A DNA stretch of 64,000 nucleotides. Origin: Chloroflexota bacterium. GTDB taxonomy: Bacteria; Chloroflexota; UBA11872; VXNJ01. The notes beneath the pieces were generated by a model. That model had not been told where the DNA came from and searched no databases. It was given only the letters and a program-made list of their open reading frames with translations. Positions 10,027-20,116 of the stretch are shown here, one piece after another; within the stretch, counting starts at the first letter, position 1, and each line of letters begins with the position of its first letter. The stretch is taken from the NCBI GenBank assembly GCA_965261345.1, contig OZ253449.1, positions 1,984,001-2,048,000 on the forward strand, in the 5' to 3' direction. The position numbers and the translations under genes are program-made.

Positions 10027-10415
10027 CTGGATATATCCCCGAGGGTCAACCCCAACCCCTGCGCCTTGGGGGCGGCCGCGGCCGCCATCGCTGCGTGTTC
10101 GTCGTCACTGCACGGGGCATCGAGCGCGATCCCGGCCTCGGCGTCGGAGGGCTTCACCAGACCCTGGGCGACCAGGTACTGCTCAAGTTCCTCGCCGGAC
10201 ACGTCGGCGACCACTTGGCCATTGATTTCCAAACTGGGCTGGAAGCGCTGGCCAGTCTTCATCACCATCTCAATGTAGTTTTCAGGGATGTTGATGATGT
10301 CTTTGTCTTCGTAGGGCAGGGCGTACTTGGCCAGTACCGCCCGCACCCCGTTGCTCCAGCCGCAGGAAGGCTTCATCCAGGCGGTAATTTCCGGCGCTTG
10401 GGTATCGGTGGCCAT
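10023..10415 (-). CDS. Monothiol glutaredoxin-like protein
   Basis: KPSCGWS, KTGQRFQPSLEING. Confidence 0.8.
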   Translation of the reverse strand: MATDTQAPEITAWMKPSCGWSNGVRAVLAKYALPYEDKDIINIPENYIEMVMKTGQRFQPSLEINGQVVADVSGEELEQYLVAQGLVKPSDAEAGIALDAPCSDDEHAAMAAAAAPKAQGLGLTLGDISS

Positions 10416-10566
10416 GTCAGGTTCCGTTGGTCTGTAAAATGCGTTCGAATTGACGCATATTTTCCGATTATGGCACGCAATATCATCTCGTCTCCCTACC
10501 GGCCACGACCGGTGGCATCCCCGATTGGCGCATGCGCATCCGCGCTGGCGCTAGGCGTTCCCGCGA

Positions 10567-11682
10567 TCAGGCGATCGCGATCGCGATCGCCTGATCCTCG
10601 CGCGCCGAACGGTAGCAGGCTTGCACCAGGGAAATCGTTGCCAGGTTGTCGGCCCCACCCGGGTCCGGTTCACCGTCCTGCTCGATTGCCAGCATCAGTG
10701 AGGCCATCGGACCGATGAAGGAATGAGGGACGCGCAACTCCGGGATGTCGAGGGCGAATTCGGCTCCGCCATTGAGGCAGGTCGAGCGGACGTTGAGGCG
10801 CGTCGGGTGGCCGGCCGCCGACCCTGCGAACAGATCCATGTCGCCGGTTACTGTCCCTTCGGTGCCCTCGAATCGGAACTTGGCGTACTGGATGTCGTAG
10901 CGGTTGTTGGCGGATGCGACGATCAGCGCGGTGTGCCCACCATCAAATTCGAGGACCGTATTCGAGCGGGTCTCGGCGGCCCGCAACTGTCCCGGCAGTT
11001 TGCCGGCTGAACAGTAGACCCGCGCGGGTTCCCCGAATAGAGCCCGCAAAACGTCAAGGTAATGGATCGAGTGATACATGATCTCCATGTAGAAGTCGCC
11101 AGCAAGCAAAGGCCGCGAGAAATCGATGTTGACGTTTACGTCAAAGATCGTCCGGGTAGGCCGACCGAGCAACGAGCGCGCAAACAGGCCGGCGACCGTC
11201 CGCATTCGCCCATCGTGGCGCAGCTGTTGGTTAACGTTCAGCTTCACACCGGCGTCCCGACAAATCGCGACGATCTCCCGGGCATCGTCGATTTCTTCAT
11301 GGAGCGGCTTTTGGCAAAGAATGTGCTTGCCGTTGGCGGCGGCGGCGGCAACTATTTCCCGCTGGACGGCTGGAACGAGCGCAATGTCGACGATCTCCAC
11401 GCTTTCGTCGTCAACCATTTCGGCGACGCTTGTGTACACGCGCGCTAGGCCGAATCGGTCCGCGACCGCCTCGGCGCGTGAACGGGTGCGATTCCAGATG
11501 CCCGCCACTTCGAATCCGGCCATCGCGTAAGCCGGCAAGTGGGCGCCGGTCACGATCGAGCCAGCCCCGGCGATGGCGATCCGCCGGGATCGATCACCGG
11601 GCATCTGCGGTAGGTAGTTAATGTCGAGTTCGGGTGACGCCAATATCGGACCTCCTGATTGGGGGTGGACCCTGCGCCCCAA
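10567..11682 (-). CDS. Gfo/Idh/MocA family oxidoreductase (start uncertain)
   Basis: [23 protein letters not shown]. Confidence 0.88.
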   Translation of the reverse strand: MGRRVHPQSGGPILASPELDINYLPQMPGDRSRRIAIAGAGSIVTGAHLPAYAMAGFEVAGIWNRTRSRAEAVADRFGLARVYTSVAEMVDDESVEIVDIALVPAVQREIVAAAAANGKHILCQKPLHEEIDDAREIVAICRDAGVKLNVNQQLRHDGRMRTVAGLFARSLLGRPTRTIFDVNVNIDFSRPLLAGDFYMEIMYHSIHYLDVLRALFGEPARVYCSAGKLPGQLRAAETRSNTVLEFDGGHTALIVASANNRYDIQYAKFRFEGTEGTVTGDMDLFAGSAAGHPTRLNVRSTCLNGGAEFALDIPELRVPHSFIGPMASLMLAIEQDGEPDPGGADNLATISLVQACYRSAREDQAIAIAIA

Positions 11683-11788
11683 TTATTCAGGTCGCGGCAA
11701 TGTTGGGTCGATCGGTGATGCGGTCTGCAAAAATCGGCCGGGCAGGAAAACCCGCCCAAAACTTTCCCAATTCTGCGGAGCCCCTTGC

Positions 11789-13468
11789 ATGTCAGATCCG
11801 GCCAAACGCCGAAGTTCGGTAATGACCGATGGCCCCAATCGAGCGGCGGCGCGGTCGTTCTTTAAGGGGATCGGATTCACCGACGCCGATCTTGACCGTC
11901 CGCTGGTGGGGGTGGCCCACATGTGGATTGAAACGATGCCCTGCAATTTCAACCAGCGGCGGCTGGCCCAGCATGTGAAAGAGGGCATCCGCCAGGCCGG
12001 CGGAATGCCGGTTGAAGTCAATACAATTGCCGTTTCGGATGCCGTCTCGATGGGCACCGAGGGCATGAAAATGTCACTGACTTCGCGCGAGGTAATTACC
12101 GACTCAATCGAACTGGCCGCGCTGGGGCACTCGTTCGACGGACTGGTCGTGATCGTCGGCTGCGACAAGACCATTCCAGCCGGCGCAATGTCCTTGGCGC
12201 GCCTGAATATCCCTGGTCTGGTGCTCTATTCGGGCACCATCGCGCCCGGTCGGTTCCAGGGTCGCGACGTCAACATCCAGGACGTCTTTGAAGCGGTCGG
12301 CTCCCATGCCGCCGGCAAGATGACCCGCGCCGAACTTAGCGAACTGGAGGGCGCGGCATGTCCCGGGGCGGGGGCCTGCGGCGGGCAATTTACCGCCAAT
12401 ACGATGGCGCTGGCCCTGGACTTTCTGGGAATTTCGCCCGCCGGTCGCAACGGGGTCCCGGCCACCGACCCGGACAAGATCGAGATCGCCCGCGAGGCCG
12501 GGCGGCTAGCGATGCGGCTGGTGCGGGAAGACCGCCGTCCACGCGAATTCATTACCCGGCCGGCAATTCACAACGCAATCGCCGGAGTATGTGCGACTGC
12601 CGGATCGACCAATGCGGTTCTGCATCTTATGGCGATTGCCGCCGAGGCCGACATCTCGATTCCGCTTGAGGATTTTGACCGGATTTCCGAACAGACTCCG
12701 GTGCTGGCCAATCTAAAACCAGGCGGTGACTATGTGGCCACCGACGCCTACGCGGCCGGCGGTATGGGTCTGGTGGCCAAGGAATTGGTCCGCAAGGGGC
12801 TAATGCACGACGCCCCCAACGTGGACGGTCGCTCGATGTTCGAGATCGCCGCCGCGGCTGAGGCCACACCAGGGCAAAAGGTGTTTACCACGCTGGAGAA
12901 GGCATTCAAACCGACCGGCGGAATCGCGATCCTGCGTGGCAATCTTGCCCCCGATGGGGCGGTCGTTAAGTTGGCCGGCCATGAGCGGACCAGTTATTCG
13001 GGACGCGCCCGGGTATTCGAATCGGAAGAGGACTGCTTTGCGGCGGTGCAATCACAAGATCTCCGCGATGGCGATTTCGTGGTAATTCGCAACGAGGGGC
13101 CGGCCGGCGGTCCGGGGATGCGGGAGATGCTGCAGGTGACGGCGGCGATCGTCGGTTCGGGGATGGGCGAAAAAGTGGCGTTGATGACCGATGGCCGGTT
13201 TTCAGGCGCCACCCACGGCCTGGTAGTCGGCCACGTTTCCCCCGAAGCCGTTCGTGGCGGCCCGATTGCCGCGGTCCGTGAAGGCGACACGATTTCTCTG
13301 AACGTGCCTGATCGCACCCTGACCCTGGAAGTTGACGAGGCCGAGATTGCCGCCCGTCTGGCCGCCTACCAATCGCCGCCGAACCGCTACAAGAGCGGGG
13401 TTATGGCCAAATACGCCGCCCTGGTTTCGTCGGCTTCGGAAGGTGCGATCACCCGCCCTTCGACCTGA
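11789..13468 (+). CDS. ilvD: Dihydroxy-acid dehydratase
   Basis: [39 protein letters not shown]; start moved to ATG 11789. Confidence 0.95.
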   Translation: MSDPAKRRSSVMTDGPNRAAARSFFKGIGFTDADLDRPLVGVAHMWIETMPCNFNQRRLAQHVKEGIRQAGGMPVEVNTIAVSDAVSMGTEGMKMSLTSREVITDSIELAALGHSFDGLVVIVGCDKTIPAGAMSLARLNIPGLVLYSGTIAPGRFQGRDVNIQDVFEAVGSHAAGKMTRAELSELEGAACPGAGACGGQFTANTMALALDFLGISPAGRNGVPATDPDKIEIAREAGRLAMRLVREDRRPREFITRPAIHNAIAGVCATAGSTNAVLHLMAIAAEADISIPLEDFDRISEQTPVLANLKPGGDYVATDAYAAGGMGLVAKELVRKGLMHDAPNVDGRSMFEIAAAAEATPGQKVFTTLEKAFKPTGGIAILRGNLAPDGAVVKLAGHERTSYSGRARVFESEEDCFAAVQSQDLRDGDFVVIRNEGPAGGPGMREMLQVTAAIVGSGMGEKVALMTDGRFSGATHGLVVGHVSPEAVRGGPIAAVREGDTISLNVPDRTLTLEVDEAEIAARLAAYQSPPNRYKSGVMAKYAALVSSASEGAITRPST

Positions 13469-13492
13469 TATTGGGGCCTGAAGTGGCGGCCT

Positions 13493-14761
13493 TTAGTTCA
13501 GAAGGGCGCGAATTGCCGGCACCAGTTCCGATCGGTCAATTACCTGTTGGCTGGCCGCGTCTAGGTCGCGCAGCGCCAGCGTTTCGGATTGGAGTTCGTT
13601 ATCGCCCACGATGACCGCCCAGCGGGCCCGCTGGGCGTTGGCTTTTCGAAGGTGCGATCGCGGAGATGCGGCGGCATATCCGGCAATTGCGATTAGCCCC
13701 AGATCGCGCAGTTGTCCAGCTAACGCCAAAACCACTGACCGCGCCGCCGGACTTAGCGGCGCCAAGTAGACATCGACCCGCGGAGCCGCGCCGGCCAGCT
13801 TTCGCTGGGCCGCAAGATTGATCAAAACGCGCTCGATCCCGCACCCGAAACCGACTCCTGGGGTGGTCGGCCCTCCGAGTTGCCCGGCGAGCAGATCGTA
13901 GCGTCCGCCGCCGGCTATCGTTGCCTGTCCAGCCGAATCAGCGGGCCATATTTCAAATACGGTGTCGGTGTAGTAGTCGAGTCCGCGCACCAGGCGGAAG
14001 TTGCTCTGGAAACTGATTCCCAGTTCGGTCAACGCACTGGTCAGCTGTTTGAAATGTCGGGCTGAATCGCGGCCCAGGTAGTCGATCGTGTGCGGCGCGT
14101 CGTGGCAGATCGCTTGGTCGCGCGGGTCCTTGCTGTCGAGGATGCGCAGCGGGTTCTGCTCCAACCGGCGCCGACTCTCCTCGGAAAGCCCGCTGGCCCG
14201 CGGCGCCAGGTGGGCCTTTAGCGCGGTCAGGTAATTGACGCGATCGCCCGGCCGACCGATGCTGTTTAGCTGCAGCGTGAGTCCGTCCAACCCCAGATCG
14301 TGCCTGAGCAGCAGCCAGATCTGCGAAATCAGTTCGGCGTCGGCGTGCGGGTCCTGCTCCCCCAGCAGCTCGGCCCCCATCTGATGGTGTTGGCGTAGGC
14401 GGCCGGCCTGTGGTCGGTCGTAACGGAACAGCGGGGCATAGTAGGCCAGCCGCGCCGGTTGCGGGCGCGATGCCATCCCGTGCTGAATATACGCTCTTAC
14501 CACCGGCGCGGTCCCCTCCGGCCGCAGGGTCAGGCGGTCGCCGGATTTGTCGGCGAAAGAATAAGTTTCGTTGGCGCCGATATCGGTGGCCCGGCCAACT
14601 GCCCGCTCAAATAGGGCCGAATCCTCAAACAGTGGGGTGTCAAGTCGCCCGAAGCCGGCCCGGCCAAAGCGCTGCCAAAAAGCCGAGAGAACCAATTCCC
14701 AATCGGCCTGCTGTTCCGGCAGGCGGTCTTGGGTTCCGCGCGGCGTCTGAAACTCGGCCAC
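13493..14761 (-). CDS. hisS: Histidine--tRNA ligase
   Basis: LRPEGTA, FRYDRPQAGR, LVRGLDYY, GGGRYD, GFGCGIER. Confidence 0.95.
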   Translation of the reverse strand: MAEFQTPRGTQDRLPEQQADWELVLSAFWQRFGRAGFGRLDTPLFEDSALFERAVGRATDIGANETYSFADKSGDRLTLRPEGTAPVVRAYIQHGMASRPQPARLAYYAPLFRYDRPQAGRLRQHHQMGAELLGEQDPHADAELISQIWLLLRHDLGLDGLTLQLNSIGRPGDRVNYLTALKAHLAPRASGLSEESRRRLEQNPLRILDSKDPRDQAICHDAPHTIDYLGRDSARHFKQLTSALTELGISFQSNFRLVRGLDYYTDTVFEIWPADSAGQATIAGGGRYDLLAGQLGGPTTPGVGFGCGIERVLINLAAQRKLAGAAPRVDVYLAPLSPAARSVVLALAGQLRDLGLIAIAGYAAASPRSHLRKANAQRARWAVIVGDNELQSETLALRDLDAASQQVIDRSELVPAIRALLN

Positions 14762-14858
14762 CGGCTTAGAGGCCGGCCCGCGCGGCGGTCGAATACGGCC
14801 GCACGGCGTTAGGCATCAGCCGCGCCGGGTCGTGGCCGGTCGCCCACCCGCAACTGTT

Positions 14859-15128
14859 TTAGCCGCCGAGCAGGGCCTGCAATAGGCGCCCTAGAACCTG
14901 CAATCCGATGATTGCGATCAGCGGCGAGAGGTCCATCCCCATATTGCCGCCCAGGCGCGAGCGGATCGGCTGCAAGATCGGCTCGGTCAGGCTGTAGAGG
15001 ACGTTCATGATCGGATTGGCGGGGTCTTGGATGAACCAGGACAGCAGCGCGCGGGCGATGATCAATAACGTCAGGGCCGAAATCGCGGTGTCGGCCAAGC
15101 CGACGATCAGGTTTGTCAATTCACCCAT
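14859..15128 (-). CDS. yggT: YggT/YlmG family membrane protein
   Basis: ARALLSW, LTEPILQPIR, MDLSPLIA. Confidence 0.9.
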   Translation of the reverse strand: MGELTNLIVGLADTAISALTLLIIARALLSWFIQDPANPIMNVLYSLTEPILQPIRSRLGGNMGMDLSPLIAIIGLQVLGRLLQALLGG

Positions 15129-15234
15129 CGGTTGGACTCTCTTAGCATTCTTGAATCCAGATACTGGTTGCGATCATCCGGCGATGTTGGGTCCGGTCAC
15201 CCTCAGTATCGCAACCGGTGGACGCGGCTGGCTT

Positions 15235-15924
15235 TCAGGATTCGGGCCGCGCACCAAATATCGCCCGGCCGATTCGCACGATGGTGGAGCCTTCGGCGAT
15301 CGCCGCCGGAAAATCGGAGGTCATCCCCATCGAGAGCTCTGAGAGCGGTTGGCTGGGAAACTGAGTTTTGAGCCGCTCGCGCAAATGCCGCAGGGTGGCA
15401 AATGTTTCGCGCAGGAATTTTTGATCGTCGGTCTGCGGCGCAATCGACATCAGACCGCAGATCCTTAGCGAGGTGGATTCGCAAATCTGCCCGCACAGAT
15501 CAGAAAGGCCCTCGGCGGCGATTCCGCCCTGTCCGGTGGCCCCCGAGAGGGAAACCTGCAGCAGTACCGGGAAATTCGGCTCCGGCGCGCGCCGGTCGAT
15601 GGCGCGGGCCAGGGCGATCGAATCTACCGACTCGATCAGATTGAAGAATGCGGTCGCGTCGCGGGCCTTGTTCCGTTGCAGCCGCCCGATGAGGTGCCAA
15701 ATGTTTCCCTCGCCAAGCTGGGCTATCTTGGCAACGCCTTCCTGGACCCGGTTTTCGCCGAAGCGGGAGATCCCCAACGCTCCGGCGGCACGGATATGGT
15801 CGAGTCCGAAGGTCTTGGAGACCACAACCAGCGAAACCTCGGCGCGGGCCCGCCCGGCCGAGGCGCAGGCGTTGTTGATCTCTCCCTCAACCCGATCTAG
15901 ATTGGCGGCGATTTGCGCTCGCAA
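15235..15924 (-). CDS. yggS: PLP homeostasis protein YggS/ProsC
   Basis: VVSKT, FGENRVQE, WHLIGRLQRNK, LSMGMTSD, VRIGRAIFG. Confidence 0.95.
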   Translation of the reverse strand: MRAQIAANLDRVEGEINNACASAGRARAEVSLVVVSKTFGLDHIRAAGALGISRFGENRVQEGVAKIAQLGEGNIWHLIGRLQRNKARDATAFFNLIESVDSIALARAIDRRAPEPNFPVLLQVSLSGATGQGGIAAEGLSDLCGQICESTSLRICGLMSIAPQTDDQKFLRETFATLRHLRERLKTQFPSQPLSELSMGMTSDFPAAIAEGSTIVRIGRAIFGARPES

Positions 15925-15947
15925 GCGCGCCGGCGGGCCGGGCCGGT

Positions 15948-17063
15948 CTATATTGCGGTCCGCCGGTGCTGGCGCAGAAATCCTGGCAGGTCCGATCCGG
16001 CTTCAGCCGCCCGGTCGCCGATTCCAAAGCCGCGCAGGCTAGATGGCGATTCGCCCCTCAAGCGGGTGGCGATTACGGTTACGAAAATATCGCGTTCGAC
16101 CTGTTCCTCAACCACCGCGCCGAAGATGATGTTGGCGTCCTCGTGAACGGCGTTGGAGATGATGCTGGCGGCTTCATTGACCTCGAAGAGGGACAGATCG
16201 TAGCCGGCGGTGAAATTTAGCAAGACGCCGCGGGCGCCATCGATCGAAGCGTCCAGCAGAGGCGATTCGAGCGCCTGCTTGACCGCCACAACCGCCCGGT
16301 TTTCGCCGGTCCCGTGACCGATTGCCATTAGCGCGGTACCCGATTTGGTCATGACCGCTCGAACGTCGTTGAAATCGAGATTGATCAGGCCAGGTTTGGT
16401 CACCAGGTCGGATATTCCCTTGATCGCCTGTCGCAGAATGTCATCTACCGCCTTGAAGGCTTCAAGCATCGGCAGGTTCTTGTCGGCGGTTTCCAATATG
16501 CGATCGTTGTGAATCGAAATCGATGTGTCTACGTGCCGCTGCAGTTCCTCTAGACCCGTTTCGGCCACCTTGGACCGGTGTGATCCTTCGAAGGAGAACG
16601 GTTGCGTAACCACCGCCACGGTGAGGATGTTCATGCTCGAGGCGATCTCGGCAACGATCGGCGCTGCCCCGGTGCCGGTGCCCCCACCCAGTCCGGTGGT
16701 TACGAACACCATATCGGCGCCCTGCAGACAGGCCGCGATCTCGTCGGCGTTCTCTTCGGCCGCCTTGGCACCGACCCTGGGGTCGCCGCCGGCGCCAAGT
16801 CCGCGGGTCGCTTTTTCGCCGATTCGAATCCGCTTAGGGGCCAGCGATCGAACCAGTGCCTGGGCGTCGGTGTTCACCGAAATGAAATCGAGGCCTTCCA
16901 GCCGGTGATTGATCATGCGATCGACCGCGTTTCCGCCGCCACCGCCGACGCCGATCACCTTGAGGTTGGCCGGATTCGGCGCGAACAGACCATCACCGGG
17001 CCCACCGGAGCCGCGACCCGATATTCGGGTAACGATATTCCCCCCGCGGGTGGCCTCAGCCAT
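15948..17063 (-). CDS. ftsZ: Cell division protein FtsZ
   Basis: GVGGGGGNAV, GGGTGTG, INLDFND, C-terminal DLPGFLR. Confidence 0.98.
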   Translation of the reverse strand: MAEATRGGNIVTRISGRGSGGPGDGLFAPNPANLKVIGVGGGGGNAVDRMINHRLEGLDFISVNTDAQALVRSLAPKRIRIGEKATRGLGAGGDPRVGAKAAEENADEIAACLQGADMVFVTTGLGGGTGTGAAPIVAEIASSMNILTVAVVTQPFSFEGSHRSKVAETGLEELQRHVDTSISIHNDRILETADKNLPMLEAFKAVDDILRQAIKGISDLVTKPGLINLDFNDVRAVMTKSGTALMAIGHGTGENRAVVAVKQALESPLLDASIDGARGVLLNFTAGYDLSLFEVNEAASIISNAVHEDANIIFGAVVEEQVERDIFVTVIATRLRGESPSSLRGFGIGDRAAEAGSDLPGFLRQHRRTAI

Positions 17064-17178
17064 TGGTGCGCTTCAAGCCGGAACCAATTCTGGATTTAGT
17101 GTTGATGCCACGTTGCCAGCGGGCACATTTGTATGCGCATATGTTACAAGGCAACGCAAAACATTCCCCGTGTGACCA

Positions 17179-18426
17179 TCAACCGGACCAGCCGGGGTTG
17201 GGTTGAAAAAGCCCTCGTACCCAGCGTCGCAACGACTCCAACGAATCGCTGCGATCGGCGATAACCCCGACCTGCGGACGCTCGCGGTCGCCCGGTCCGA
17301 TTCCCGCCAGCGCCAGCCCCACCGCGGTCGTAAATTCCGGTCGCCGCAGACTTGGATTCATCCCGAAAAGTAACGGCGGGACTCCGCGCTGACCGGGCTT
17401 GCCCAGTGTCTGGGCCGCCAATTGAACGACCCCGGGCAACTGCGCGCCACCGCCGGTCAGGACAATCCCGGCGGCCAGGTGGTGAATCAGTCCGGCGTCG
17501 ACAAGCACCTTGCGGGCCCGTAGAAACAAGTCCTCGTACCGGGCCTCGATGATCTCGCGCAGGAACCCGGCGTCAAATTCGACTTCCCGCAAACTGAACG
17601 AAGTCGACCGCAGGGTGCTCGACGATCCCGCCACTAGATCGCCATGGGACAGCTTGAGCTCTTCGGCTACCGCCAGCGGCACGTGCAACCCCTTGGCGAT
17701 ATCGGCGGTAACCGATTCGCCGGCCACCGGAATCGAATGCATCAAGCGAAACGTTCCGTGTCTAAAAACCATCAGATCGCTGGTTGAATGACCGATGTCG
17801 AGCAACGCCACGCCGGCGTGAGTCTGCTCATCGTCAAGACAGGCGCCAGCCGCCGCGTGCGGTTGCAGCATGGCCGAATAGACCTGTGCCCGCGCTTGCC
17901 GCATCGCCTCAGCCTGGTTGTTCAATGACCCGGAAAGGCCGGTTACGATTGTTGCCGTCAATGCCAGGCGACGCCCGACAAGGCCGACCGGATTGTCCAC
18001 CCGGGCGGTTCCATCAACTACGTATTCGAGCGGGTGCAGATAGACCACCTCGCGACCGGGCTCGCGCACCGATCCGGTAAGCCGCACCAGCAACTGCTGC
18101 AGGTGGTGTCTGCGAAAACTACGTTCGTTGGCCCGCAGCAGAATCTCGGCGGTCCCGGCCATGGTTGTAAGGTGTGATCCAGCGATTCCCACGCAGATCC
18201 GTTCCACCCGGCAGGCGGCCGCCTGCTCGGCGTGCCGAATCGCAGCGCCGATCGATGCGGCCGCGGCCCCCACGTCGGTCACCTGGCCGCGAAAAATTCC
18301 CTGGCTGGGAGCGGTTCCGACCCCGAGGACGTGGGTCTGTTGATTACGGTAGCGTTCGGCGATAACCGCTACCGTTTTAAAGGATCCGATTTCAAGTCCG
18401 GCCACCGCTTGCCCGCGGGCCATCAA
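17179..18426 (-). CDS. ftsA: Cell division protein FtsA
   Basis: GLEIGSFKT, LLDIGHSTS, VLTGGGAQL; directly upstream of ftsZ. Confidence 0.92.
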   Translation of the reverse strand: MMARGQAVAGLEIGSFKTVAVIAERYRNQQTHVLGVGTAPSQGIFRGQVTDVGAAAASIGAAIRHAEQAAACRVERICVGIAGSHLTTMAGTAEILLRANERSFRRHHLQQLLVRLTGSVREPGREVVYLHPLEYVVDGTARVDNPVGLVGRRLALTATIVTGLSGSLNNQAEAMRQARAQVYSAMLQPHAAAGACLDDEQTHAGVALLDIGHSTSDLMVFRHGTFRLMHSIPVAGESVTADIAKGLHVPLAVAEELKLSHGDLVAGSSSTLRSTSFSLREVEFDAGFLREIIEARYEDLFLRARKVLVDAGLIHHLAAGIVLTGGGAQLPGVVQLAAQTLGKPGQRGVPPLLFGMNPSLRRPEFTTAVGLALAGIGPGDRERPQVGVIADRSDSLESLRRWVRGLFQPNPGWSG

Positions 18427-19181
18427 CCGCCCCCCAACTGCGGCATCAACGCCCCCGATCGGGTGCGGTAGGTCGGCCGCTCGACCGGCCGCAGGTCGAC
18501 TAGGGCAAGCTGTTGCCGATCCTCGGCGGCCGCCCGGGCGACCGCGCCCAGCGCGATCAATTTCTGGTCGATCTCGCGCGGCGGACCCAGATAGATTCGC
18601 GCCCCACCGGACGTCTGGGCGATCATTCCCTCTTCCGGGACGTGTTGGATGTAGGCCAACTCCATGCCCAATCGGGTAAGGACCTGGTCAAGACGGAATC
18701 CGGTTGCGAGGACGGCCGGGTCCATCTTCCGAGGCGCCTGAGCCGATCCCGGACTGGAGAAGACCAATTCGAGCGCCGGGTCCATCCCGGGGGCAATGAC
18801 CTGGGCGTGGCGGTCGATGAGGAAGTGCGATCCGCCGACGAACCAGTTGGCCACCGCCCGGACCGGTTGCACCATGACCTCGGCGCTGCCATCGATGCGT
18901 GGCTCAACGTGGGCCCAGCTTATCTCCGGTTCGGCGCGCAGGCGATCGGAAAGGGTCCGGGACGAGATCAGGAAGATGTTGCCTTGCTCGCGGAAAGCCC
19001 GTGCGATCGGGGCAGCTGAAATCGAAACGCTGCCCGGGCCACCGGCGATTATCGCGGCGTCGATCTGGCGGATCCGAAACTGCGGGGCGGTCAGCAACCA
19101 GACCAGGATCGCGGCCATTGCCAGCGCGGCGCTTAGGGCCAGCCAGCGAGCCTGGTGGGCGGCGACGAATCTGATGATCAT
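18423..19181 (-). CDS. ftsQ: Cell division protein FtsQ/DivIB (divergent)
   Basis: Single TM, POTRA-like region, C-terminal VDLR; lies between murB and ftsA. Confidence 0.75.
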   Translation of the reverse strand: MIIRFVAAHQARWLALSAALAMAAILVWLLTAPQFRIRQIDAAIIAGGPGSVSISAAPIARAFREQGNIFLISSRTLSDRLRAEPEISWAHVEPRIDGSAEVMVQPVRAVANWFVGGSHFLIDRHAQVIAPGMDPALELVFSSPGSAQAPRKMDPAVLATGFRLDQVLTRLGMELAYIQHVPEEGMIAQTSGGARIYLGPPREIDQKLIALGAVARAAAEDRQQLALVDLRPVERPTYRTRSGALMPQLGGG

Positions 19182-20116
19182 CGACGGCCGCCGCCCCGGT
19201 CGCCAAAACCTTCACCGATCAGCTTGATCTCCGGCTCCAGGGTGATCCCGGTTCGAGATTTGACTCGGTCCCGGACCAGCTCCATTAACTCGACCACCTC
19301 GGCGGCACGGGCTCCGCCGCAATTGATGATGAAATTGGCATGGCGGGTGGAAACCTGGGCCGCCCCGACCTGGGTTCCCTTCAGGCCGGCCGCGTCGATC
19401 AGGCGTCCAGCAAAGTCCCCGTCTGGGTTCTTAAAGATCGATCCTGCGCTCTGCCGCGCCGGCTGGCTGCTCCGCCGCGTGATCGCGACCTGCCGCATGC
19501 GCCCAGCTATCGTGGCACGATCGCACAGGTACCCCTCCATGGTCGCGGACACGACCACCGCCGGAACCGGCCCGATCTGAAGGCCCGAGCAACGGTAGCC
19601 CAATCCCAATTCGCCCGCCGTTTGCACCGTTAGCTGATCGGGCCGCCAAATCGTGGCGTCCCTCAAAACGGTTGCTGTATCAGAGCCGAAGCACCCAGCA
19701 TTACCTACTACCGAGCCGCCAACCGTGCCGGGTATACCCACTGCGAACTCGAACCCAGCAATTCCCTGTTCGGCCGCAAACTGGGCCAGTTGCCCCATCA
19801 TTGCCCCCGACTCGGCCTGGATTCGGCCGGGACCCTGCAAGCTGATCGACCGCGCGCGATTGACGATCACCAGGCCCGAAATCCCTGCATCGCCGATAAG
19901 CACGTTTGAGGCGTTGCCTAACACGGTGACCGGAAGCCGATTAAACCAAGCCACCTCCAGCAGACCAGTTAGTTGCCCAGCGCTTTCGACCCGGGCCAGA
20001 TACTGTGCCTTACCGCCAATTCGAAAGTAGGTCTGATCGGCCAGCTCAGCGCCTTGGGTGACCATTGATCCGGAGGGCCAGTTTGGTTTTAGTGTGCCCA
20101 CTGCGTTCGCAGCCAA
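19178..20116 (-). CDS. murB: UDP-N-acetylenolpyruvoylglucosamine reductase
   Basis: FRIGG, GNASN, GIPGTVGG, SAGSIFKNP, HANFIIN, LEPEI. Confidence 0.95.
   Translation of the reverse strand: MAANAVGTLKPNWPSGSMVTQGAELADQTYFRIGGKAQYLARVESAGQLTGLLEVAWFNRLPVTVLGNASNVLIGDAGISGLVIVNRARSISLQGPGRIQAESGAMMGQLAQFAAEQGIAGFEFAVGIPGTVGGSVVGNAGCFGSDTATVLRDATIWRPDQLTVQTAGELGLGYRCSGLQIGPVPAVVVSATMEGYLCDRATIAGRMRQVAITRRSSQPARQSAGSIFKNPDGDFAGRLIDAAGLKGTQVGAAQVSTRHANFIINCGGARAAEVVELMELVRDRVKSRTGITLEPEIKLIGEGFGDRGGGRR

Noticed and set aside
14762-14858. T-box leader upstream of hisS
   Set aside because: Only 97 bp, with no T-box consensus or specifier stem.
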